DNA of 58,905 bases. Origin: Thermoplasmatota archaeon (lineage in GTDB: Archaea; Thermoplasmatota; JAKEGO01; JANQNJ01). A program made the translations under genes and the position numbers. The stretch spans positions 1-58,905 of the forward strand of contig JANQNJ010000002.1 in assembly GCA_028279645.1 (NCBI GenBank), in the 5' to 3' direction. The notes beneath the pieces are model-generated. The model worked only from the letters and a program-made list of their open reading frames with translations. It did not search any database and had not been told where the DNA came from. Positions 15,555-24,700 of this stretch are shown here, piece by piece. How positions within the stretch are numbered: position 1 is the stretch's first letter; each line of letters begins with the position of its first letter.

Positions 15555-17927
15555 ATGGAGGGAAAGGATATGTTGAAGGGACAGGTCCCGCCGGAGGAGT
15601 ACGAGACCGGCAACACCAGGCACACATGGGACATCGAGGAGCTGAAGAAGGCCCACGAGGTCCTGGCCGAGGTGGGATACGAGAAGGGCGAGATCGTTCG
15701 CGGCTATGCCGGAAAGACGCTGTACGTCAACCTCTCCACCAACGAGATCAAGGAGAAACCGGTCACCGAGGAGATGAAGGAGCTGTTCACAGGCGGTAAG
15801 GGGTTCGGCCTCAAGCTGCTGTGGGACGGTATCAACAAGGACACCAAATGGGACAGCGATGAGAACGAGCTCGTCATGAGCGCCGGTCCGCTGAACGGCA
15901 TGACGCAGTACTCCGGCCTTGGAAAGTGTCTGTCGGTCACGATATCTCCATCCACCGGCCTGGTATGCGACTCCAACGCGGGCGGCTACTTCGCCCCGTA
16001 CATGAAGTTCTCGGGCTTCGACGCCCTGGAGGTCCAGGGCAAGGCCGACGAGGATGTGATCATATTCATCGACGGCATCGAGGGGAAGGTGTCGATAGAG
16101 AAGGCGCCGCTGGAGGAGACCAACGCACACCTTCTCTCGGAGCAGCTCACCTACCTGTACGCCGCCGAGGATACGGAGAAGGCGAGGCAGATGGTAACTG
16201 TGGTGTCGGCTGGAAAGGGAGCCGAACATAGCTACTGGGGCTGCCTGAACATATCGTTCTACGACCTACGCCGGAAGGTGCCGCGCCTGAAGCAGCATGG
16301 CCGCGGCGGCCTGGGCGCTGTCCTCAGGAACAAGAACATCAAGGCCATCGTCGCCCGGATCGAAGGATTCGACGGAATGGCGGACGACCCCGCCGATATA
16401 AGCAGGATCGCCAAGGTCGGCGAGAAGTACAACCGCGAGATGCGCGACCTCGACAGGTTCCAGAACAACATGCGCCAGGTCGGTACGGGGAATATCGTCG
16501 AGGTCATGGACGCCTACGACCTCCTGCCCACCGAGAACTATCGATTCGGCTCGTTCCCCAAGGCGTCGAACCTTCACTCGCCGAACTTCTTCGAGTACTT
16601 CACCAAGATCATACCCGACGGCTGCTGGTACGGCTGCACCATGGCATGCGCCAAGGCCATCGACGGCTTCGAGATCAGGACCGGGCCGTACAAGGGACAC
16701 AAGGTGACCGTTGACGGACCCGAGTACGAGAACGCCGCCGGCTGCGCCAACATGGGTCTCTGGATGCCCGAGTGGGTCATCGAGTGGAACTTCTACTGCG
16801 ACACCTACGGACTGGACACGATAAGCTTCGCCACCGGTGTCGCCTACTACATGGAGATGTACGAGTACGGCATCCTCAACAAGGAGCGTTGCGGCGGACT
16901 GGAGCTCTGCTTCGGCAACTTCGAGGCGACCATGGAGCTGATGCACAGGATCGCCGTGGGCGACGAGGACGAGTTCGTCAGGGTGGCGGCCAAGGGGATC
17001 AGGAGGATGAAGGACTGGCTCATCGCCAACAAGTGGGGCGAACAGCTCCTGATCGAGGACTGCGGAATGGAGGTCAAGGGCCTGGAGTACAGCGAGTATG
17101 TCTCCAAGGAATCGCTTGCCCAGCAGGGCGGCTATGGATTGGCAACCAAGGGCCCGCAGCACGACGAGGCCTGGCTTATCTTCATGGACATGGTCAACAA
17201 CCAGATCCCGACATTCAAGGACAAGGCCGAGGCGCTCCACTACTTCCCGATATGGAGGACCTGGTTCGGCCTCGCCGGCCTCTGCAAGCTTCCTTGGAAC
17301 GATATCACTCCGGCGGACAACGCCAAGACGTTCTCGCCGGCAAAGATCCCCGAGCACGTGCAGAACTACGCCGACCTGATGTCGGGCCTCTTCGGAAAGG
17401 AGGTCACGAAGAACGACCTCATCGACCAGAGCGAGAAGGTCTACAACTTCCAGCGTGCTATGTCCGTCTGGATGGGCAAGGGCCGCAGGGAGCACGACCA
17501 TCCCCCGTTCAGGTCCATGGGCCCCGTCACGAAGATGGAGTACGTCTCCCGTCAGGACCGCTACGACCAGGAGCTCGAGGAGAAGCTCGGACACTCAGAG
17601 GACGACATCGAGAAGATGACGGTGGACCAGAAGCTTCAGCTCATCTACGAGTACAGACGCGACCAGTACGAGAAGCTGGCCGACGCGGTCTACTATCGCA
17701 GGGGGTGGACCCAGAACGGCGTCCCGACGCCACAGAAGATGGCCTCCCTCGGCTTCGGCGGATACACCGCGATGCTCGAGATGCTCCAGGCCGCCATCGA
17801 CGCCGACGATGCTGACGGGAAGAACGTCTGGTACGGCGACTACGGCGCTGATGAAGAAGTGCCGTGCGACGATCTCCGGTACTGGGAGAACGACGGACTG
17901 GTGCAAGAGGACTACTTCGACGAATAA
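15555..17927 (+). CDS. aldehyde:ferredoxin oxidoreductase (AOR) family tungstopterin enzyme, long form (790 aa)
   Basis: ATG 15555 is 5 nt after the ferredoxin stop. AOR N-domain (GYAGKTLYVNLSTNEIKEKPV...GGKGFGLKLL...SAGPLNG...GGYFAPYMKFSGFDALEVQGKA), HGRGGLGAVLRNKNIKAI, cluster/pterin region (CWYGCTMACAK, GPEYEN), and GLDTISF. About 185 aa longer than the ~605-aa Pyrococcus AOR. Confidence 0.9.
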   Translation: MEGKDMLKGQVPPEEYETGNTRHTWDIEELKKAHEVLAEVGYEKGEIVRGYAGKTLYVNLSTNEIKEKPVTEEMKELFTGGKGFGLKLLWDGINKDTKWDSDENELVMSAGPLNGMTQYSGLGKCLSVTISPSTGLVCDSNAGGYFAPYMKFSGFDALEVQGKADEDVIIFIDGIEGKVSIEKAPLEETNAHLLSEQLTYLYAAEDTEKARQMVTVVSAGKGAEHSYWGCLNISFYDLRRKVPRLKQHGRGGLGAVLRNKNIKAIVARIEGFDGMADDPADISRIAKVGEKYNREMRDLDRFQNNMRQVGTGNIVEVMDAYDLLPTENYRFGSFPKASNLHSPNFFEYFTKIIPDGCWYGCTMACAKAIDGFEIRTGPYKGHKVTVDGPEYENAAGCANMGLWMPEWVIEWNFYCDTYGLDTISFATGVAYYMEMYEYGILNKERCGGLELCFGNFEATMELMHRIAVGDEDEFVRVAAKGIRRMKDWLIANKWGEQLLIEDCGMEVKGLEYSEYVSKESLAQQGGYGLATKGPQHDEAWLIFMDMVNNQIPTFKDKAEALHYFPIWRTWFGLAGLCKLPWNDITPADNAKTFSPAKIPEHVQNYADLMSGLFGKEVTKNDLIDQSEKVYNFQRAMSVWMGKGRREHDHPPFRSMGPVTKMEYVSRQDRYDQELEEKLGHSEDDIEKMTVDQKLQLIYEYRRDQYEKLADAVYYRRGWTQNGVPTPQKMASLGFGGYTAMLEMLQAAIDADDADGKNVWYGDYGADEEVPCDDLRYWENDGLVQEDYFDE

Positions 17928-17995
17928 AAGCGACGCTCGTTCCCGAGGTCAAGCTCTACTAACGAAGTCAATTCAAGCAATGTCCCAGCTATGGC

Positions 17996-18709
17996 TCAGA
18001 CCTTGTCATCCATCAGTTTCTCGTATTCATCCCGGGATAGGATGAAACCGTCGGAGACAGGATCGTAGAACTCCTTGTCCTTCTTGGGCCCATTCTTGAC
18101 CTCCATCTCCACCGTCTTGCGCGTCGATGCGATGAACTCCTCCGTGAGGACGTATCCGCCGTTCGACTGCCTGACAACGCCGGCCTTCATCATCTTCCGG
18201 ATGTGCCTTGAAACAGCTGGTTGAGAGACCTTGAGCTTAGCGGCGAGCTGGCTCTGTGTCATCTTGCCCTTCCGTCGGAGCAGGCCGCCGATGGCGGCCT
18301 GCGTCTTCGTCAGATTGTACTCGGGGCGCTGATATCCGTGAGGATAGAAGCGCTTGTAAATTCCGTCGTTGTCGTACTTGAGATATCCCGCCTTGACCAG
18401 GACCTGCAGGTGGTGTGCAAGCTTGCCGTTGGTCAGCTCGAGGTCCTTCTTGATCTTGTTGTAGTGGGTCCCCGGATTCGTCCCTATGTAGCCGACGATC
18501 CGGCCGCGCGTCTTATCGTCCAGGACCCTGGACCTCTTGACCTTGGCATACAGCCCGATCAGAACGGAGAGAAGGAGGTATTTTCCTACCTCAGTCCCTC
18601 CGACGACGAAAGCATAATACCAGAGCTCCCGCCGCAATTCCAGCAAAGATCGTGGGAGGGCCAAAGCCCGGGATGCCGTCGCTGTCGTCGTCCTTCTTGC
18701 CTCCGTCAT
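17996..18709 (-). CDS. membrane-anchored transcriptional regulator with two ArsR-like winged-helix domains
   Basis: One TM helix (WYYAFVVGGTEVGKYLLLSVLIGLYA), then wHTH 1 (RGRIVGYIGTNPGTHYNKIKKDLELTNGKLAHHLQVLVKAGYL) and wHTH 2 (MTQSQLAAKLKVSQPAVSRHIRKMMKAGVV). The only upstream in-frame starts (ATG 18709, TTG 18646/18637) lie inside the 3' end of the giant gene, so the exact start is uncertain. Confidence 0.6.
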   Translation of the reverse strand: MTEARRTTTATASRALALPRSLLELRRELWYYAFVVGGTEVGKYLLLSVLIGLYAKVKRSRVLDDKTRGRIVGYIGTNPGTHYNKIKKDLELTNGKLAHHLQVLVKAGYLKYDNDGIYKRFYPHGYQRPEYNLTKTQAAIGGLLRRKGKMTQSQLAAKLKVSQPAVSRHIRKMMKAGVVRQSNGGYVLTEEFIASTRKTVEMEVKNGPKKDKEFYDPVSDGFILSRDEYEKLMDDKV

Positions 18710-21700
18710 TCTTGCCGTCACCCTGCTCCTGGATAACGAGGTTGATGGAGGTGACATTGGAATATTGATAGCCGTCGTAGCTGCGGAAACGGAGCCTGTA
18801 CCTGGCAGGGGCGAACCCTGTCATGTTCAGGGAATATGACCAGTTGAACGTGGTGTTGGGCTGGATCGAGTATTCCGAGAGGTTGACAGAGAACCATGAG
18901 CCGTTGCCGATGCGGACCTCGACCTTCGTGATGTTGGAGAGTGCGTCGTAGGCTGTGCCGTTGATCACGACGACGCCGGTGACGGTGGTGCCGTTGGGTG
19001 GATACGTGATCGTGATGGTCGGGACAGCGATATCCGTTTCGACCACGGGAGTGGTGTTTATGATCGTAAGGGTGAAGTCTATCCGCCTTGATACCGACGG
19101 GTCCTTTGCCGAGATGATCTTCAGCTTCAGCGTGTAGTTGCCGACATCGAGATCGTCGAGGTCATCTGCCTCGATGTAGAACGTGTAATTGAAGGAGTAG
19201 TAGGGTGCCAGCGATGTGACGTTCGGTAACGGTCCAAGGGTGAATCCGCTCGGTACCTTGGTCGCGTTGATGGAATATGAGTCGGTGTCAGTGCCTGTAT
19301 TCGTTATCTGGAACTCCAGATCGATCCTCACTTCGTCATCATATTGGTCCAGGGTGCCATTGGTCGTGACGCCGATCTCTTCGAGATCGTAATTGTCCTC
19401 GAACCAGCTGGTGATCGACACCGATGTCGTCGGTCCCGATCCGATGGATGAGGTCACGGTTATCGTCTCGTTGATCATCTCATCGTCGATCTCGGGGGCG
19501 TCCGAGGTGTTCACGAAGACCTTGTACGACAGACTGTACCACTCACCGGGCTCGAGCCCGAAGATGGTCACCTCGTCGGTGCCGTTGATCGTGCCGTACA
19601 TGTCATCGGAGGCCGTATCGATGCTGAGGGTAAGATCATCGTTATCGTTGCCCATGTTCGTTATCTTGATGGAATATTCGGACTCCTCTCCGACCTCAAG
19701 CTTCTGTGTAGCGGGTCCGATGATCTCTATCTTGGGAGCGCCCTTGGATGCGATGTCGATCTCGTAGTCGAAGTAGACCTTCTTTGCATCGTCCGGTGCA
19801 TCTGGTCCGCTGAGACCATGGACCGGATCTATGCTGACGTTGATCAGATATGGAGCGTCGCTCACCGGTAGATCTGTTAGGTCGTCCGTATCGTAGGTCA
19901 CGTTGATGATTAACAATATCTCGTCTCCGAGATCGTAAATGCTCAAGGTCTTGGACCCATCATTAAAAGCCGCATCGAGATCATTGGGACCGTTGTTGAT
20001 GGAGATGACGAAGTCCTCTGGATGGATCCCGACATTCGTGATCTTGAGGTGGCATTTGAGGGTATCACCTTTAACGGGATCGTGGAAAATGCGATCCTCG
20101 ACCGGGAGATCATACTCGTAGGACACGATCCGTTCGAGAGTGCCTGTGACAGAGACCTCATCACCGAATCCTGAGGATGCGGAACCTCGGACCTTGAAGA
20201 ATATCTTATTCCGACTGCTGACCTCAGGATCGAATTGGTTCTCTTCGAGGGCTTCTTCCCGGGTATACACAAGGTTCACGTAGATGGAGCGCGTCTCCTT
20301 GAAATCCAGTGATATCGTTCCGTCGATCTCGAATGCGAGGGCGGAATCGGAATAGAATGTCACCCAATCCATATTATTTGGGGTTATCTCTGGAATATCC
20401 AGATCAATAATATCGTCGGCGTTGCCGATGTTCGTCAGCTCGATCTCGAAGGTGTTGTTCACATCGGCGGAGACCGTCTTTGTTGCGTTGGAGGCATATA
20501 ATTCCACGTCGTAGAACGGTTCGATGGTCAGGGTCAACGTCCGCTGTTTCACGATCGAAGGATCTGCATCGGATTTCACCTTGATCGTAAAAGTGTAGTT
20601 GCCGGCCTTGATGTCATTGGCGTCCTTGTCCAATGCATAGGACACGTTGATGAACACCGTTCTAGAGTGGTCCTCTTCGATGTCGTTGATACTTTGTGTT
20701 GGAATGCTCTTGAACTTGTTCGTAGAGTAACCGGACGCTTCTATTCGATAATCATCGGTCCGGGTCCCGGTATTTACGATCTCGAAATCGAACCGGGTAC
20801 CGAACTCTCCAGCATCGGGATCGATGGTCATGTTCATGTCGCCATTGATAATATCGAACTCAAGGGAGTATTCCAGGATCTCAAGGGTGAAATTGATCGT
20901 GTGCCGTACCGAGGTGTTGCTGCTCGAGGTCACGAGCAGGATGATCGTATGCTCGCCCTCCTCGATGTCGGAGTCTGAGGAGGGGATCGCAACATCGAAA
21001 TTGTAGTCGGTGTTCTCATCAGCATCGACGTTATTTACAGATCCGAGGGAACCAACGTTGAACTTGCTAGGAACGAAGACCTTCTCGACGAGGTAATCGT
21101 CCTCCCTCGTGCCGAGATTGTGAATGCGGAAGGTGAACTCTGCTTCATCCTCACCGTCGGCCGCATCGACCGAAACGAAATCATCGATCCCGATAAGCTC
21201 GAACTCGAACAGTTCCTTCAATCTGAGGGTGACGTTCTCCTCCAGTTCCACATCGTCGTCGCCTTCAGAGACGCCTTTGATCATGAACTCGGTCTTCACT
21301 AGCTCATCCCATTCGCTGCCTCTATCCCTTTTCGGGACCGAGACGTTCACGAACACTAGATGCTCCGAGGTCGAGCTTTCGAGTTCGACGTCGATCTCCC
21401 GGCCTTCGTGATGGACTGTTGTATTGTCCACGTTCTGAAGATAGTACAGGTTCGCCCAATCACCGTACGGACCGGTGACCGACATCTGGATCTCGTCCCC
21501 GATGTTGCCGTCGTTTATTATCAGTACCTCGAACTGCACGCTCTCGTTGAACCCTGCCCAGCGAGTGGTGGTGTTGATCTCCAATGAGAAATCGTATCTC
21601 TCGTCAACATCCACCTTGAAGGTGAAGTTCTTGATCAGCTCGGTCTCGCCGATCGACTTGACCTCGATGATGATCTCGTGGAAACCGACCTTAAGGGCTT

Positions 21701-24700
21701 CAGCGTTCTTCGGGACCTCGATGAAGACGTTCACATACGCCTCCTCGCCGGGATCGCCGTCCTTGCTGGCGTTGGCCTGGGAGTTATGGGACACCTTCCA
21801 TTCGGCAGCTGGGGTCTGTTGGGTCGTGATCCTGTAATCGTCCTCGTCGTTGCCGTCGTTATTTATTCTTAAGGTAGCGTTGTAACTGTCGCCGGCATCG
21901 ACGGTCATGTACTCGTCCGCACTGTGCACTTCGAAGTCATAGAACGGTTCGAGATCTATGGTGCAGACAATGTAGTCGAATACCGTCGGCTTTTCCTTTG
22001 AGGTAACGGTGATATTGATGTCGTGTTCACCGGGGTCCACATCGTTATCGTCAGCCACGTCGATAACGACCTGGATCAAGACATGTGTGTTGTCAGCAAG
22101 ATCAAGAATCTCCTGGATCTTGACCGCCTGGGTCTCGTTCCAAACCGCAGTAAAGCCCCAGCCAGCCATGGTGTCGGATAGGTCGATGTCATAGTCGTCC
22201 ATGATCGAGCCGGAGTTCTTGACCTTGATCTCGAAGGCGACCTCGTCGCCGGGATCAGCCGATTTGTAGGTGTCGAAGGAGGAGAGCTCCACGTCCCAAT
22301 CGTGCTCGATCCGGACCGTTAGGAACTGCCTCTCGAAGAGGGTCTGACCGCCGGATGAGAAGGTGACGTTCATGATGAAAACGTAATCATCAGGATCCTC
22401 GTCCTGGGGCACCTCGATCTCGATGTCGATGGTCTCGTCATCGTTGTATCCGAACAGCTCCACCGAAGGTGGATCGACATCCTGCACCCAAGTGGCCCAT
22501 TCGCCCTCTACCTCGATCTGGAAGGTGTCGTCGCCGTTGCCCTTGTTGATAAGACGAGGTGTGAACGTCACAGTGTCGCCCTTGTCGACCTTCTTCAGGT
22601 CGGAGGTGACCTTGATCTCGACGTCGTGGTACTGGTCGACCTCGACCGTCAGGTTCCGAGTGGCTATCGGCGAGGTGGTTTCATCGTTCACCGAGTCGAT
22701 AATCACAGAGATATCGTAATCCTGGTTCTGCGCCTCCTCCATATCGAGGGGTATGTCCAGGTAGATCTGGACCGTAGCCTGCTCGTTGGGATCGATCGTG
22801 ACCATGGATTCGTTGGCATCGGTAAACATGAAGAACCAGCCGGTCGGGACGGTGTCTCCGTCCACGGATATGTTGAAGGTGTCCGTGTGAGTGCCGGTGT
22901 TCTGCAAGGTCATGTTGAAATAGGAGTAGCTACCGGGCAGGCCGGTCGAGGTCCGAAGACCGCCGACCTCGAGACCATACTGGACCTTGATCGTCGTGTT
23001 GAACTCGTGTGTTTCAACGACGCCTGTGTCTTCCTGACAGGTGACCCGGAGGCTGATCAGCACGTAGCCCGCGTCCCTGACCTCCGGCGGCGTGTTGTCC
23101 CAATCCTTCAGGGTCACGTTGAGATAAGCCTCGACGGTCTCGCCGGCGTCGATAATAGGTGCTGTTGTACCCTTCTCCGTTCCATGGGAGGCCCAGGTCT
23201 TGTATGTACCTGTTCTCTCAATATTGAATCCGCTCGAACCTGTTCCAGTGTTCTTCACGTTCAGGGCATAGTACAGGGTGTCTCCGGGCTCGCCCTCGAG
23301 CGCATCGGTCTGGCTCGAGAGAAGCAACGAATAGACAGGATTCACAACAAGGGTGAACACCTCCGTCACAACGATGTCATCAGACGGGGATACGGTCCCG
23401 TTTTCCGACGTCCCGTTGACGTAGATGATGTAGGTGCTGGGATCCAGTTTGTTCGCATCCGGAAGCTCAACGGTGATCGTTGTCGTGTTGATCTCGTACA
23501 CGGCAAGGTCGATCCATGTGTCTTCGATAGTAATGATCGCATCACTATCTCTAGGCCACATGCTGGCCTCCAGTTCGACCTCATCTGAGCCGGTACCCTT
23601 GTTGACGACCTGCAGAGTATAGTTGACCACCCAGTTCGGATCACCGTTCTTCTGGGGGTTCGGTGATGTCAGCTCGAAATCATATAGTTGCCTTACACTG
23701 ACCACGACCTGTTGGTTCTTATCGTACTCGCCGTGAGTGGTCGCGTTCAGCTTGACCTCGTATTCGCCCTTGGGAGCGTCGCCTGCGGGTGTGACGGTAA
23801 GTGTCACTGTCGTCTGATCGTTCGCGGTGATAACGGGACTCGCACTTGGGGTGAAAATATAATCCCAATCGGCCTGCTTGTTGTCGACATCGATGCTGAT
23901 GGTGTCCTCACCATTACCCTCGTTCTTGATGATGATGTCGAAGGTCACGGCTTCGGCTGGATAGGTCTCCTTCGTGTTGATGCCGGATACCTGTACCTCG
24001 ACGGCATACGCTTGCTGAACGCTAACCTGAAGGCTCTTCGAAACATCGGTCCCGTCGGGGAGTGTGGAGTTCGCATAGAGCCATACAGAATATTCCTGGT
24101 TCAATGCGTCGCTGCCGACGCGGAAGGAGATCCTTGCCGATGCTTGCTCTTCGTAACCTATGTCGATCTGGTGATCAGGATCGATTCCGAGATCCAACCA
24201 ACCAGCTGGAAGCCACATCTCCAGCTCCGCGGTATCGTTATCGTTCCCGATGTTCTCGATCCATACGTCGGCGTTGACCACACCGGTCCCATTCCCTTCA
24301 GCCGAATATGGATAACGACTCGAGTTGATCTCATCTATGGATATCGCTACTATCCTGAACACACTGTACTTCTCCACCTGCACCTGATATGTGAGCTCGT
24401 TGGAATAATTGAGGTCCTCCATCAGGGCGCGGACCCTGAATTGATAGGTGCCTGCCTCGAACTTGTGTTCAGCGGTGATGGTAAGCTGAACGTTCTCGAC
24501 CTCCCCTCCATCGAGGTCCGGTTGATTGTTATCGAGCGCGCAGATCCAACCGGTACTGGAAACGTCGATCACTTCGAGATCGAACTCGGTGTTCCTGTTA
24601 CCAGCGTTCTCCACGCTGAAATTAAACATGGCCGATCTGTCCTGGTATCGGGTCATGACCTCATCTGAGGAGGAACCAAGATTGGTGAGCTTGCAGTCGA

